Source of the DNA: Nitrospirales bacterium
GTDB lineage: Bacteria; Nitrospirota; Nitrospiria; Nitrospirales; UBA8639
Assembly (NCBI GenBank): GCA_965203295.1
Contig: CBDBCZ010000019.1
Coordinates: 1,568,001-1,632,000 of the forward strand
DNA: 64,000 nucleotides
Direction: 5' to 3'
In this document: positions 9,139 through 22,138 of the stretch, piece after piece
Numbering within the stretch: the stretch's first letter is position 1
How the letters are laid out: each line of letters opens with the position of its first letter
The notes under the pieces: model-generated
Databases searched by the model: none
What the model saw: the letters and a program-made list of their open reading frames with translations, nothing else
What the model was told of the DNA's origin: nothing
Translations under genes and position numbers: made by a program

Positions 9139-9531
9139 TTACTTAGGCCCAAGTTTCTGAAGACTAGCCGGGGGAATGTTTTCTGAACAATCAAATTTCA
9201 CACTGAATCGAGCTGAGCATTGCCTGGTTTCACATTTTCCACAGATACCAACGATTTTCGTTTTCCAATCTGTTTTGGCTTCATCAAATCGACAACTAAT
9301 CTTCCCTCCTTTTTCGACTTCAGCCCACGGCTCATCATAGCCGGGATATTGAGCCACGTAGCAACTGTTTGGAATAGGCCCTTCACAAATCCGTCCCGTA
9401 TCTCCCTTTACCATGCCTAGATTGCAAATAGATTCGGTACGAGAACGGGAGTCTGCATGAACAGAAAAGGGAAAAAGGGTAAAGCCAACAAGCAAAACAC
9501 TTATCCAAAGTACGCCAAACACATGGTTCAT
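9139..9531 (-). CDS. Secreted Cys-rich hypothetical protein
   Basis: SD aagggag, signal peptide ending VHA, 8 Cys in the mature part. Confidence 0.75.
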   Translation of the reverse strand: MNHVFGVLWISVLLVGFTLFPFSVHADSRSRTESICNLGMVKGDTGRICEGPIPNSCYVAQYPGYDEPWAEVEKGGKISCRFDEAKTDWKTKIVGICGKCETRQCSARFSVKFDCSENIPPASLQKLGPK

Positions 9532-9633
9532 AGAACTGGCTCCCTTTTGTGTCCGTCGGAAGTTTATTGGAATGACTATAGAGTAGTTGAGATGAGAGTG
9601 ATCTGAGGGGAAAATGAGGAAAGATGACACTTC

Positions 9634-9673
9634 AAAAAAACAAAGGCCTGAGGAATTCTCCCCAGGCCTTTGT
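9634..9673 (-). terminator. Rho-independent terminator of groESL
   Basis: acaaaggcctgggga-loop-tcctcaggcctttgt followed by a T run on the minus strand. Confidence 0.9.
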
Positions 9674-9696
9674 CATAAATCAGATACTGTTTGGAA

Positions 9697-11349
<1,653 letters not shown>

Positions 11350-11417
11350 TTAAATTCCAATGATTATAAGTTATCAGATGTAAAAAGAATATGGTTTTGT
11401 GATGGTGAAATCTTGAT

Positions 11418-11738
11418 TTACGAGTCAACAAAAACTCCGAGGATGTCTTCTTCTTTCAAAATCAAGCAATCCTCGTTCTCGATTTTGATCTTGGTGCCAG
11501 AATACTTGTCAAACAGAACCTGGTCGCCAACCTTTAGATTTTCAACGTCCTTGCCAGTTGCCTCAACGGTTCCCCGTTGTGGTTTTTCCCTGGCGGAATC
11601 AGGGACATAAATTCCCCCTGCCGTTTTCTCCATTTCCTCAGTGTAGGTGACAAAAATCCGGTCCCCGAGTGGTTTAAATCCTCTTGCTGAGCTGCCGGAC
11701 AGAACTTCTTCCTCTTTCTCTTTTGTTTTTGGGGCCAT
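11418..11738 (-). CDS. groS: Co-chaperonin GroES
   Basis: FKPLGDR, TAGGIYVPDSAREKP, LKEEDILG; SD aaggagg. Confidence 0.97.
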   Translation of the reverse strand: MAPKTKEKEEEVLSGSSARGFKPLGDRIFVTYTEEMEKTAGGIYVPDSAREKPQRGTVEATGKDVENLKVGDQVLFDKYSGTKIKIENEDCLILKEEDILGVFVDS

Positions 11739-11926
11739 GTTTGGCTTCCTCCTTTGTTGAATCCATTATATTTCAAGACTTTGAGGCAATTCCTGAAAAA
11801 AATAGGCAAATTCCTCAACGTAAATGCTAGAAGCTTAGATAACTCGCGCTAAAAGGAAGTCAAGGGCAGGGGAGAAGAAAATTTCGTTTGGAGAGGTACG
11901 CCTTATTTAAATTTAGGTATAAATAC

Positions 11927-12937
11927 CTAAATCTTGAGTTGATCAAAATCTTGTAGTTCTTCTTTCATAAATTCGCGTAATCGCTTAATGATTTTGGCCT
12001 CAAGCTGCCTGGATCGCTCCTTCGTCACACCGTATTTTTTGCCAATTTCTTCTAAGGTTAGAGGGGTTTCAGAGAGGAGACGGTTGCGAAGGATATCTTC
12101 CTCTCGTTCATTAAGGGTCTTTGCAAACTCTCCCAGCTTCTTCCGAAAAAGGAGGCGAAGTTGCGAATCGGCCAATTGTTCATCGACCGCTGGCGTTTGG
12201 GATGGAATCAGGTCGAGATAAGTGCCTTCGCCTTCTTCGCTATTAATCGGTTGATCCAATGAGAGTTCGCACCCTCCCAGCCGTTGGTCCATTTCAACAA
12301 CATTTCGTTCGCGTACTTGCAGGCGATCGGCAAGAAGCTTGGAGTCCGGAACAAAACCTAGCTTTTCCAGCTTCGCTTTCTCCTTTTTGAGGTTATAAAA
12401 TAGTTTTCGTTGTTCCTGTGTCGTTCCGACTTTCACTAATCGATGGGTGTTGAGAAGAAACCGCAAGATATAGGCCCGAACCCACCATGCACTATAAGCA
12501 TGAAAGCGCACATTTCTCGTGACATCGAATTTTTTTATGGCTTGAAGGAGCCCCACATTCCCTTCCTGAATAAGGTCCATCTGGTCCGTCCCTGTATGTC
12601 GATATTCTGAGGCAATGGCTATGGAGACTCGCAAATTTGACAAAATAAGCTTAATAGCTGCCTTCCTATCTCCCTTGGTCTGGTACTCGTGAAACAACTG
12701 AAATTCCTCTTCTTTCGAGAGGAAGGGATATTTCCGAACTTCGATTAAATACCGATCCAAGGCGGTGGTAGGGGTAAGGGCAGTAGAGAAGTCCATTTGA
12801 AGTGCCTCACTTCCCCCTGCGGGCAAGTCACTTCCTCCCCTCTCTTGAGGCTCCCAATCGACAGGGGTTTCCTCAACCAGATAGTCGATGTCCATGACCT
12901 TATCCTCTTCAAAAGGGTCTGGAGTTTTATCTTTCAT
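11927..12937 (-). CDS. rpoH: RNA polymerase sigma factor, RpoH (sigma32)-like
   Basis: DLIQEGNVGL, YSAWWVRAYI, RpoH-box-like QRKLFYNLK, region 4 TLEEIG...TKERSRQLE. Confidence 0.85.
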   Translation of the reverse strand: MKDKTPDPFEEDKVMDIDYLVEETPVDWEPQERGGSDLPAGGSEALQMDFSTALTPTTALDRYLIEVRKYPFLSKEEEFQLFHEYQTKGDRKAAIKLILSNLRVSIAIASEYRHTGTDQMDLIQEGNVGLLQAIKKFDVTRNVRFHAYSAWWVRAYILRFLLNTHRLVKVGTTQEQRKLFYNLKKEKAKLEKLGFVPDSKLLADRLQVRERNVVEMDQRLGGCELSLDQPINSEEGEGTYLDLIPSQTPAVDEQLADSQLRLLFRKKLGEFAKTLNEREEDILRNRLLSETPLTLEEIGKKYGVTKERSRQLEAKIIKRLREFMKEELQDFDQLKI

Positions 12938-13177
12938 TTAGGTATATTTTAGTAGGTGATTATATCTGGCACAGTTACCATTCTACTATTGAGGTCGATT
13001 ATAAACGCAAATGTTTGGAATCACAAAAGTAGCTTCAATAAAGGGAACTGTTAGGAACGATGCATTTTTGTGATTTGCGCAACATAAATGACTTTCAATA
13101 TAGTGAGGAAAATAGGGGAAAATTAAACAAGTGCTAAGAATTTCATTCTTTATGACAATCCAGGTGGAGAAAATTTT

Positions 13178-14404
13178 GTGTTTTTGCAATCTGTCCTAAA
13201 AGGACTCCGGACTGGACATTGGCCGTCCTTGATAGGAGCTTGGCTCCATTTTGAGGTCAGTTTCATGGTTTGGTTACTTATTGGGGCATTAGGTGTGGCT
13301 ATTTCCGAGGAATTTGGGCTTTCAGCCACACAAAAAGGCTTCATGGTTGCAGTGCCCCTTCTTGGAGGAGCGCTCCTGCGCATTGTGGTAGGGCCCTTTG
13401 CCGATCAGTTCGGGGCAAGGAATGTCGGGCTTGGTCTCCTCGTGTTAGAAGTCGTGGCATTATCCTGGGGCTGGCTCCTTAGTCATAGTTATACGCACAT
13501 TTTGGGAACTGCCCTTTTGCTCGGATTTGCTGGCGCAAGTTTTGCTATTGCTCTTCCAATCGCGAGTCAGGCCTATCCAACAGCTCATCAGGGATTGGCC
13601 ATGGGAGTTGCCGCTATTGGAAATAGCGGCGTTCTCTTGGCGACCTTCTTCGCACCACGAATGGCTGAGCTCGTGGGGTGGAGGGATACCTTTGGTGTGA
13701 TGATTTTCCCAGTCCTGCTCACGGCGATTCTTTTTCTCCTTCTTGTTCCCGCAAGACGTCCTCTACCGCATGGAGTTCAACCACCAATGAGTCAATGGTC
13801 TGTCAGTGTTGCAGCCCTTCAACCTTTCATGTTGTGGCTTAGCTTTCTCTACGGGGTCACTTTCGGTGGCTTTGTTGGATTGTCTAGCTTTTTACCCTTT
13901 TTCTTCCATGACCAGTATGGTCTTGGCATGGTGGCTGCCGGGACGCTTACCGCTCTTTGTGGGCTCATAGGGAGCATTGCTCGTCCCTTTGGCGGGCATA
14001 TAGCTGATCGATTGGGGGGTATTTGGTTGTTGCAGGTCCTGTTCCCAATAATTGCCGTTGTGAGCTTGGTCCTTGCGACATTGTTTCCTCTCACTTTGAC
14101 CTTTCCACTCACGGTCGGTCTAGTATTATTACTTGGATTTGGGAACGGAGTGATCTTTCAGGTCGCCTCTATCCGATATCATGGGATGATGGGAACAGCT
14201 TCTGGCTTTATAGGAGCCGGGGGAGGAATCGTAGGATTTTGTATCCCGACGTGGTTTGGAGTTTTGAAAGACTGGACTCAGTCATATGGCAGCGGTTTCT
14301 TGGCTTTTAGTATCTTGTCGCTTGTGGCAGGTGTCATGGTTGTTGTTGCTCAGAGAAGAATCCGACCTACGGTTCGTGAATCTTTAGAGGATTCCGGGGT
14401 ATAA
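13178..14404 (+). CDS. MFS nitrate/nitrite porter (NNP/NarK family)
   Basis: GHWPSL, conserved Arg in ALLRI and ARPFGG, signature GASFAIALP...QGLAMG..IGNSG, GFGNGVIFQ. Confidence 0.85.
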   Translation: MFLQSVLKGLRTGHWPSLIGAWLHFEVSFMVWLLIGALGVAISEEFGLSATQKGFMVAVPLLGGALLRIVVGPFADQFGARNVGLGLLVLEVVALSWGWLLSHSYTHILGTALLLGFAGASFAIALPIASQAYPTAHQGLAMGVAAIGNSGVLLATFFAPRMAELVGWRDTFGVMIFPVLLTAILFLLLVPARRPLPHGVQPPMSQWSVSVAALQPFMLWLSFLYGVTFGGFVGLSSFLPFFFHDQYGLGMVAAGTLTALCGLIGSIARPFGGHIADRLGGIWLLQVLFPIIAVVSLVLATLFPLTLTFPLTVGLVLLLGFGNGVIFQVASIRYHGMMGTASGFIGAGGGIVGFCIPTWFGVLKDWTQSYGSGFLAFSILSLVAGVMVVVAQRRIRPTVRESLEDSGV

Positions 14405-14475
14405 CTCTTCATGATTGACAGAATTGGGGAAACTCCCTATAAGCTGTTACCATAACTCTGTTTTATTGAGTGAAC

Positions 14476-15672
14476 ATGTTTGATTCGATTGAAAAAACGT
14501 TAAACGATATCAAGAAGGGAAAATTCGTGATCCTGGTCGATGATGAAGACCGGGAAAACGAAGGCGACCTGGTGATGGCCGCAGAGAAAATTACTCCTGC
14601 AGCCGTCAATTTTATGGCCAAACATGCCCGTGGACTGATTTGTTTAACTCTTACTCAAAAACGCGCTGACGAATTACAACTTCACCCACAAACGACAGAA
14701 AACACAGCTGCATTCGGGACAGCTTTCACGGTTTCCATTGATGCCAGCCATGGGATCACGACCGGCATCTCTGCTGCAGATCGTGCCACGACCATTCGGT
14801 TGGCCGTTGATCCTTCAAGTAAAGCGGCAGACTTTGCTCGACCCGGGCACGTCTTCCCCCTTCGTGCGCAAAAGGGAGGAGTGCTCAAGCGAGCTGGACA
14901 AACTGAAGGTTCAGTCGACTTAGCCCGTCTGGCAGGAATGGCGCCGGCTGGAGTGATCTGTGAAATCATGAATGAAGATGGGACCATGGCGCGAGTGTCA
15001 GACCTTATAAAATTTGCCAAGAGTCATAAGTTACGGGTCGTGACCATCAAAGATCTTATAAAATATCGACTCTATCGAGAGACTCTTGTCAAACGATCTG
15101 AGGGTGCAAAACTGCCTACTATATTTGGCGAGTTCGAGGCCGTTGTGTTCGAGAATGAATTGGACAATGGCAATCATCTTGCCCTCGTGAAGGGACGTAT
15201 TGACGAATCCCCAACCTTAGTGAGGGTGCATTCCGGCTGTTTAACCTCCGATGTATTCGGTTCCTTGCGATGTGATTGCCGCGATCAACTTCACAGAGCC
15301 ATGGAGGTGATTGAGAAAGAGGGAAAGGGAGTTCTTCTCTATCTGAATCAAGAAGGACGTGGCATAGGCTTATTGAATAAAATCCGTGCCTACCATCTGC
15401 AAGACAAAGGTAGTGATACTGTGGAAGCCAACCTTCAACTTGGATTTAAACCGGACCTTCGCGACTATGGCATAGGCGCGCAAATTCTTGTTGGCCTCGG
15501 ACTCCGTCAAATTCGTTTAATCACGAATAATCCACGCAAGATCGTTGGAATTGAGGGATATGGATTGACTGTTGTCGAGCGTGTTCCGATCGAGATTCAC
15601 CCTAAAGAAACGAATGTCAAATACTTACGAGCGAAGAAAACAAAACTTGGCCATATTCTCAATAACGTGTAA
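14476..15672 (+). CDS. ribBA: Bifunctional DHBP synthase / GTP cyclohydrolase II
   Basis: [40 protein letters not shown]. Confidence 0.98.
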   Translation: MFDSIEKTLNDIKKGKFVILVDDEDRENEGDLVMAAEKITPAAVNFMAKHARGLICLTLTQKRADELQLHPQTTENTAAFGTAFTVSIDASHGITTGISAADRATTIRLAVDPSSKAADFARPGHVFPLRAQKGGVLKRAGQTEGSVDLARLAGMAPAGVICEIMNEDGTMARVSDLIKFAKSHKLRVVTIKDLIKYRLYRETLVKRSEGAKLPTIFGEFEAVVFENELDNGNHLALVKGRIDESPTLVRVHSGCLTSDVFGSLRCDCRDQLHRAMEVIEKEGKGVLLYLNQEGRGIGLLNKIRAYHLQDKGSDTVEANLQLGFKPDLRDYGIGAQILVGLGLRQIRLITNNPRKIVGIEGYGLTVVERVPIEIHPKETNVKYLRAKKTKLGHILNNV

Positions 15673-15800
15673 ACACCCGTGACTCGATAGACATCTTCAG
15701 ACAGACAGATGTTGTGCCCCGGCTGGGGACACCTCGTTTTTCACTTGGCTCATCCTCAAATAACGATTGATCTCATCCAAAGTACGTCTTTCGGTGATTC

Positions 15801-16325
15801 ATGAAAGGTACAGAGAAAAACCTGACTGCCCAAAATTTTCGATTTGGTATCGTCGTCAGTACGTTTAATGAGTTTGTGACCAGTCGATTATTAGCAGCCG
15901 CCACTGAGGTCCTCAAGCAAGAGGGAGCGTCTGATCATGACATTAAAGTCGTTCGAGTCCCTGGTGCATTCGAAATCCCTTTGGTGGCGAGAAAGCTTGC
16001 CTACTCTCGGCAGTTCGATGCGGTCATTTGTTTGGGGGCCGTGATTCATGGGGAAACCTCTCATTTTGACTACATCTGTGCAGAGACAGCCCATGGCATT
16101 GCACAGGCAAGTCTAGATACAGGAATACCCGTGTTATTTGGCGTCTTAACCACCCACACTGCTGAACAAGCGTTAGCAAGAGCCGGGGACGCTGATCGCA
16201 ACCGTGGGGCTGATGTCGCTCGAACGGCGATTGAGATGGCCAATCTTATGAAGGAACTTGAAAACACAAGCAAGATGCCGACTGGCTTCCGTCATCCGGA
16301 CCTTGAGGAGAGTACTGGATCATGA
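15801..16325 (+). CDS. ribH: 6,7-dimethyl-8-ribityllumazine synthase
   Basis: VPGAFEIP, CLGAVIHGETSHFDY, FGVLTT. Confidence 0.97.
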   Translation: MKGTEKNLTAQNFRFGIVVSTFNEFVTSRLLAAATEVLKQEGASDHDIKVVRVPGAFEIPLVARKLAYSRQFDAVICLGAVIHGETSHFDYICAETAHGIAQASLDTGIPVLFGVLTTHTAEQALARAGDADRNRGADVARTAIEMANLMKELENTSKMPTGFRHPDLEESTGS

Positions 16326-16864
16326 CTGTCACGCCCTCTCATTCTCGACAGGCAGGGGTAAAAAAAAGGTCCTACCAGAAACGCCATTTGGCAAGGGAAC
16401 TTAGCCTTCAAATTTTATTTCAATGGGATTTTAATGGGTACCAATGCGCTGGTTCAGAGGAGTTTTGGCTGAAGCAGGCACCTGCTCCCGAAGTCAAACA
16501 ATTTGCAGACCAACTTATTCTTGGCGTTCAAGAACAGTATAAGGAGTTGGATGAACTTATTGTCAGGTATGCCCAAAACTGGACAATTGATCGCATGCCG
16601 GTAGTCGATCGTAATATTCTCCGGCAAGCCCTCTATGAATTTCTTTTCATCCCTGATGTGCCAGCCAAAGTCACCATGGACGAAGCGCTTCACCTTGCAA
16701 AAAGCTTTGCAGATGAAGATACGAGGCGATTTGTGAATGGCATGCTAGACCAAGTGTTGAAGTTAGATCCACGGCTCGATCAAAAATGGAACGCCCTAAA
16801 AAATGAAGAACTTTCCAATGAAAAACTTTCTGCTGGTGAAACGCCTTCCATTGACCACCAATAG
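16322..16864 (+). CDS. nusB: Transcription antitermination factor NusB
   Basis: RHLARE, WTIDRMPVVDRNILR, FVNGMLD; follows ribH. Confidence 0.96.
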   Translation: MTVTPSHSRQAGVKKRSYQKRHLARELSLQILFQWDFNGYQCAGSEEFWLKQAPAPEVKQFADQLILGVQEQYKELDELIVRYAQNWTIDRMPVVDRNILRQALYEFLFIPDVPAKVTMDEALHLAKSFADEDTRRFVNGMLDQVLKLDPRLDQKWNALKNEELSNEKLSAGETPSIDHQ

Positions 16865-16881
16865 CCCTTACGTTTTCATCT

Positions 16882-18273
16882 ATGATTGACCGTTACACGC
16901 TTCCGCGCATGAATGCCGTGTGGACGCCGGAGCACAAGTATCAAACTTGGCTCAGAGTTGAACTGGCCGCCTGTGAGGTTCTCGAGCAGTCTGGGAAGGT
17001 TCCACGCGGGGTTGCGACGTCTATTCGACGGAAGGTCAGCATTGATCCAGACCGTATTGCCGACATTGAGAAAGTCACCAAACATGATGTCATTGCCTTT
17101 TTGGAAGCCATAGCTGAACAGGCCGGACCAAAGGCTCGTCATCTTCATATCGGGTTAACGTCATCTGATATCCTAGACACATCCCTGGCCATCCAAATGG
17201 TAGAGGCTGTTGAGATCATTCTCGAAGACATTGATGCACTACTCGATGTCACGAAAACGCTGGCATTTCGATATCGTGACACGATCATGGTTGGGCGGTC
17301 TCATGGGATTCATGGCGAACCCGTTTCTTTTGGATTCAAAGTGGCAATTTGGCATGAAGAATTCCAGCGTCATCTGACAAGAGTAACCGAAGCCGGGGAA
17401 GATATTGCAGTCGGGAAACTGTCAGGTGCCATGGGAACCTTTGCTCATCTTTCACCAAATGTGGAGAAGGCTGTCTGTCAGAAATTGGGATTAAGGCCAG
17501 CCCCTGTGTCCAATCAGATTGTCCAACGAGATCGACATGCAGCTTTTATGTCTGCCTTGGCCTTGCTGGCATCCAGCATTGAGAAAGTTGCGACTGAAAT
17601 TCGACATCTCCAACGGACGGAAGTCCTCGAAGCCGAAGAATTTTTCAGTATTGGGCAAAAAGGCTCATCAGCCATGCCGCATAAACGAAATCCGGTCGGA
17701 TCTGAGAACCTCTGCGGCTTAGCAAGAGTCGTACGGAGTCACAGCCTTGCTGCGATGGAAAATGTCGCGCTGTGGCATGAGCGGGATATCAGTCATTCAT
17801 CTGTCGAGCGAATCATCATTCCGGACAGTACGATTCTGATTGATTATATGCTGGTTCGTTTGACCACCATTCTCGAGAACTTAGTGGTATACCCATCACG
17901 CATGATTGCGAATTTGAACATCACAGGGGGATTAGTGTATTCACAACGACTCCTCTTGGCTTTGGTCGATCGCGGGGTTGATCGCAAAGCCGCTTATGAA
18001 GCCGTGCAAGAAGCCGCTATGGAAGCCTGGCAAGGCAACGGTGATTTTCAAGAATTGATTCAGAAGAACCCATTCATCAAGAAATGGTTAAGTGCGTCCG
18101 TTATTAAATCTTGCTTCGAACCTCGTTCTTATCTTCGCCATATCGACTACATTTATCGTCAAGTGTTTGGCTCTTCAAAGAAAGAAAGACATGGGGCGAT
18201 AAATGCAGTAAAAAGTTCGAAAAAAAGAGTTAATAATCGTAAGGGTATGACTTCTGGCTCTCGTAAACGGTGA
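16882..18273 (+). CDS. purB: Adenylosuccinate lyase
   Basis: MIDRY, HDVIAF, GRSHGIH, GSSAMPHKRNP. Confidence 0.98.
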   Translation: MIDRYTLPRMNAVWTPEHKYQTWLRVELAACEVLEQSGKVPRGVATSIRRKVSIDPDRIADIEKVTKHDVIAFLEAIAEQAGPKARHLHIGLTSSDILDTSLAIQMVEAVEIILEDIDALLDVTKTLAFRYRDTIMVGRSHGIHGEPVSFGFKVAIWHEEFQRHLTRVTEAGEDIAVGKLSGAMGTFAHLSPNVEKAVCQKLGLRPAPVSNQIVQRDRHAAFMSALALLASSIEKVATEIRHLQRTEVLEAEEFFSIGQKGSSAMPHKRNPVGSENLCGLARVVRSHSLAAMENVALWHERDISHSSVERIIIPDSTILIDYMLVRLTTILENLVVYPSRMIANLNITGGLVYSQRLLLALVDRGVDRKAAYEAVQEAAMEAWQGNGDFQELIQKNPFIKKWLSASVIKSCFEPRSYLRHIDYIYRQVFGSSKKERHGAINAVKSSKKRVNNRKGMTSGSRKR

Positions 18274-18285
18274 GGGGACGATTCC

Positions 18286-18531
18286 ATGGTGGCCAAAATT
18301 CACATTACCCTCAAATCAGGAATTCTTGATCCCCAAGGCCGAGCCATTCAACAATCTTTGGCCACCCTTGGCTTCACATCCGTCGGAGAGGTCCGAGTCG
18401 GTAAGTATGTAGAAGTTGAATTGTCCGAAGCCGACCCAGCCGTCGCCGAGAGTCAGGTAAAAGCCATATGTGACAAACTTCTCGCCAATACCGTCATAGA
18501 AAACTACCGCTACGAATTGTCTTCTACCTAG
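18286..18531 (+). CDS. purS: FGAM synthase subunit PurS
   Basis: [17 protein letters not shown]. Confidence 0.97.
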   Translation: MVAKIHITLKSGILDPQGRAIQQSLATLGFTSVGEVRVGKYVEVELSEADPAVAESQVKAICDKLLANTVIENYRYELSST

Positions 18532-18601
18532 CAGCGTTGCGCTCTATATAACTTGCAAAACTCGTATTTCAGATGACGACAGTGCCAAGGGCCTCAGATC
18601 T

Positions 18602-19324
18602 ATGAACGTCGGAGTTATCGTTTTTCCTGGATCCAACTGTGACCGAGACTGCGCCTATGTTGTATCAGAGGTGCTCGGCCAAACGACTCGCCTGATCTGG
18701 CATCACGAAACATCATTGACCAATATCGATGCCGTCATTTTGCCAGGAGGTTTTTCTTATGGGGATTATCTCCGTACAGGCGCCATTGCACGGTTTTCTC
18801 CCATCATGGAAGCTGTTAAAACGTTTGCCTCCAAAGGGGGAATGGTATTGGGTATTTGCAATGGATTCCAAATCCTGTTGGAAGTGGGTTTGCTCCCTGG
18901 CGCCATGCTACGGAATCGGGACCTTACCTTTATTTGCGAGGACGTCTATGTGAAAGTGGAAAATTCCTCCACGCCCTTCACGAACCAATGTGAATCCGGC
19001 CAAGTTTTAAAGCTGCCCATTGCTCATGCAGACGGCAATTATTACGCCGATCCTGTAACCCTGTCGGCCTTACAAGCTAATGCCCAAGTGGTCCTTCGCT
19101 ATTGTGATGCGGAGGGGAAGGATAGCGAGAAATCAAACCCGAACGGATCACTCGACAATATTGCAGGAATCAAAAACGCCGCAGGCAATGTCCTTGGGCT
19201 AATGCCTCATCCCGAACGCTGCGCCGAAGATATGCTTGGTAATGAGGATGGAAAGTTTATTTTTCTTTCTATGTTTGAAGCATTAAAGAGCGCCCAACAG
19301 TCATCCAGCAAAGTTTCAGCTTAA
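18602..19324 (+). CDS. purQ: FGAM synthase glutaminase subunit PurQ
   Basis: [31 protein letters not shown]. Confidence 0.98.
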   Translation: MNVGVIVFPGSNCDRDCAYVVSEVLGQTTRLIWHHETSLTNIDAVILPGGFSYGDYLRTGAIARFSPIMEAVKTFASKGGMVLGICNGFQILLEVGLLPGAMLRNRDLTFICEDVYVKVENSSTPFTNQCESGQVLKLPIAHADGNYYADPVTLSALQANAQVVLRYCDAEGKDSEKSNPNGSLDNIAGIKNAAGNVLGLMPHPERCAEDMLGNEDGKFIFLSMFEALKSAQQSSSKVSA

Positions 19325-19812
19325 AGATTTCTAAATCTTCCACCGATTCTCTCCCCAAAAAATAAGTCCCCAAGCACTGATGGTTACGTTTCTCAATCTA
19401 AGCGAATACCAATAGACGTCTACGAAAAGTGTTATATCGCATCACTTGTGTACGGCGCTTCATGTTCATCACATTTAAGAGCCTTAACCCTCGATATTGT
19501 GCTTTGTCATCAGTCATTTCTTTTTTGGTCGAAGAACAAGCGTGTTCCCTTTCTCTTGGATTTCTATTTCCTCGCCCTCCATTTCGCATTCCTGGGGCAT
19601 TCTCAAAGCCCGACTCTTTCCGCTGCGAAATATTTTGGCTGTCTTCATAAAACAGGGCCTCCTTTTTGAACATACATGAAGGTACACACAGACAAATCTC
19701 TGTCAATGGTCAATAGGGGACCTGAATGCCTCCTTTTCTTCCTTGGCGAAAAATTGTTAGAATTATTGCTTAGTATTTCTTAAGTTTTCCTAATTCTACG
19801 ATTTCCTACGAC

Positions 19813-22047
19813 ATGACTATTACCAAAGATCTGATCAAGCAGTACGGGCTGTCTGAGGAGGAGTTTCAACAAGTTTGTGCTCTTCTCGGGCGGGAGCCTA
19901 ATCTGACTGAGTTGGGTGTGTTCTCTGTGATGTGGAGTGAACATTGTTCATACAAGAGTTCACGGACTCATTTGAAACGATTGCCCACGGAAGGGGAGAA
20001 GGTCGTGCAAGGGCCAGGGGAGAATGCGGGTGCGGTGGATATTGGAGATGGGCTGGCTGCCGTCTTTAAAATCGAATCCCACAATCATCCTTCTTTTATT
20101 GAGCCGTTTCAAGGGGCGGCAACTGGGGTCGGGGGGATTCTTCGGGATATTTTCACGATGGGGGCTCGACCGATTGCGTTGCTGGATTCGCTTCGATTTG
20201 GGGAACTGGACATGCCGCAGAATCGCCATCTTCTGAAGGGCGTGGTCTCCGGCATCTCCTGGTATGGGAACTGTATTGGTGTCCCGACGGTTGGTGGAGA
20301 AATCACGTTCAACGATATTTATGCGAAAAATCCCCTGGTCAATGTCTTTTGCCTGGGTATTGTTCAAAAAGATCGGCTCTTACGAGGATTGGCACAGGGA
20401 GTTGGAAACCCGGTTTTATACATCGGGGCCAAGACCGGGCGTGATGGTATTCATGGCGCCACGATGGCCTCTGACAGTTTCGACGATGCTTCTGATGCCA
20501 AGCGTCCGAACGTGCAGGTTGGTGATCCTTTCTTGGAAAAATTGCTCCTGGAAGCTTGCTTGGAATTTTTGGAACACGATCTATTGGTGGGCATTCAAGA
20601 CATGGGTGCAGCCGGGTTGACGAGTTCTTCCTGTGAAATGGCCGCGCGATCCGGGACAGGGATTGAGATTGATTTGGCTCATGTGCCCCGCCGTGAGCCA
20701 CATATGACGCCCTATGAGCTCATGCTCTCTGAATCGCAGGAGCGCATGCTGCTTGTTGCCAAAGAGGGGAGGGAAGCTGAAGTCATTGCCATTTGCCAAA
20801 AATGGGGGATTGATGCTGCCGTGATCGGACAGGTGACGGACGATGGGAACGTTCGGGTCAAAGAAGATGGAACCATTGTCGCCGAAATTCCTGCAAAGGC
20901 CTTAACGGACGAGGCGCCAAAGTACGAGCGACCTGCCACAGCTCCTGGCTATCAGGATATTTTGCAGTCGCTTCAGAATGAAAACCTGCCTGACGTGAAG
21001 AACCCTACAGAAACCTTGCTTTCTCTTTTACAATCTCCTTCCATCGCAAATAAGGCTTGGGTGTATCGGCAGTATGACCATATGGTCGGGACGAACACGA
21101 CTGTCTGCCCAGGTTCTGATTCGGCTGTCGTGCGCATTAAAGGCACGAACAAGGCCTTGGCCATGACGACTGATGGGAACAGTCGATACTGTTTGCTCAA
21201 TCCTTATATGGGTGGAATGCTTGCGGTTGCCGAGGCTACCCGAAATTTAGTGTGTTCTAGCGCTATGCCGATCGGCGTTACCGATTGTTTGAATTTTGGC
21301 AATCCTGAGCGACCCGACATCATGTGGCAGTTTATGGCTGCAGTTGAAGGCATTGCTGATGCGTGTCGAGCCTTCAGCATTCCCGTGGTGAGTGGAAACG
21401 TGAGTTTTTATAATGAAACCAATGGGCTATCCATTTATCCCACTCCCATTCTCGGCATGGTCGGTCTCATTGAACCCGTTGCCCTGACCACCACTCAGTG
21501 GTTTAAAAATTCTAGCGATCGGGTTATCCTGTTGGGGGAGACGAAAGAAGACTTAGGCGGGACGGAATACCTCAAGCTTATCCATTACCGTGAACAGGGA
21601 TCACCACCATGGTTAAATCTGGACAAAGAAAAAGCTCTTCACACCTGTGTGCACACCTTGATTCACAATAGCCTGATTCAGTCTGCTCATGATTGTTCGG
21701 ATGGAGGGTTGGCCGTGGCACTGGCTGAATGTTGTATCTCTGGTCCTTCCCATTTTGGAGTACAAGTTCAGATTCCTTCAAATAGACAACGACTTGATGC
21801 AGTTCTTTTTGGCGAAAGCCCTTCTCGGGTGATCTTGTCTGTCTTGCCGGAACGAGTTGACCAAGTGATGAAGATCGCGAGTGACTTCGATGTTTTGGCG
21901 GTTGATATTGGTACGGTTGAGGGTAGCCAGTTGGACATCAACGTGACACCTCCGGCCGATGGGTTGGACAATCGAATTCAGGCTGAAGTTCAAACCCTCT
22001 TTGAAGTATGGAATCGAGGGTTAGAGACCAGGTTGGAGTCTAATTGA
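19813..22047 (+). CDS. purL: FGAM synthase subunit PurL
   Basis: [30 protein letters not shown]. Confidence 0.98.
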   Translation: MTITKDLIKQYGLSEEEFQQVCALLGREPNLTELGVFSVMWSEHCSYKSSRTHLKRLPTEGEKVVQGPGENAGAVDIGDGLAAVFKIESHNHPSFIEPFQGAATGVGGILRDIFTMGARPIALLDSLRFGELDMPQNRHLLKGVVSGISWYGNCIGVPTVGGEITFNDIYAKNPLVNVFCLGIVQKDRLLRGLAQGVGNPVLYIGAKTGRDGIHGATMASDSFDDASDAKRPNVQVGDPFLEKLLLEACLEFLEHDLLVGIQDMGAAGLTSSSCEMAARSGTGIEIDLAHVPRREPHMTPYELMLSESQERMLLVAKEGREAEVIAICQKWGIDAAVIGQVTDDGNVRVKEDGTIVAEIPAKALTDEAPKYERPATAPGYQDILQSLQNENLPDVKNPTETLLSLLQSPSIANKAWVYRQYDHMVGTNTTVCPGSDSAVVRIKGTNKALAMTTDGNSRYCLLNPYMGGMLAVAEATRNLVCSSAMPIGVTDCLNFGNPERPDIMWQFMAAVEGIADACRAFSIPVVSGNVSFYNETNGLSIYPTPILGMVGLIEPVALTTTQWFKNSSDRVILLGETKEDLGGTEYLKLIHYREQGSPPWLNLDKEKALHTCVHTLIHNSLIQSAHDCSDGGLAVALAECCISGPSHFGVQVQIPSNRQRLDAVLFGESPSRVILSVLPERVDQVMKIASDFDVLAVDIGTVEGSQLDINVTPPADGLDNRIQAEVQTLFEVWNRGLETRLESN

Positions 22048-22138
22048 TCCACGATATCACATTAATCGTTTTTCCTTTTCTCCATGTTTGCGCTATAGAC
22101 CCTAACCAGAACATAAACATGAAAGTGTTTCATCTATC

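Noticed and set aside
13125..13140. aagtgctaa as a CIRCE element near rpoH
   Set aside because: Only a half site; no matching left arm at 9-nt spacing.
19398..19706. 102-aa minus-strand ORF between purQ and purL
   Set aside because: No recognisable domain or SD; several overlapping short ORFs suggest non-coding or decayed DNA.
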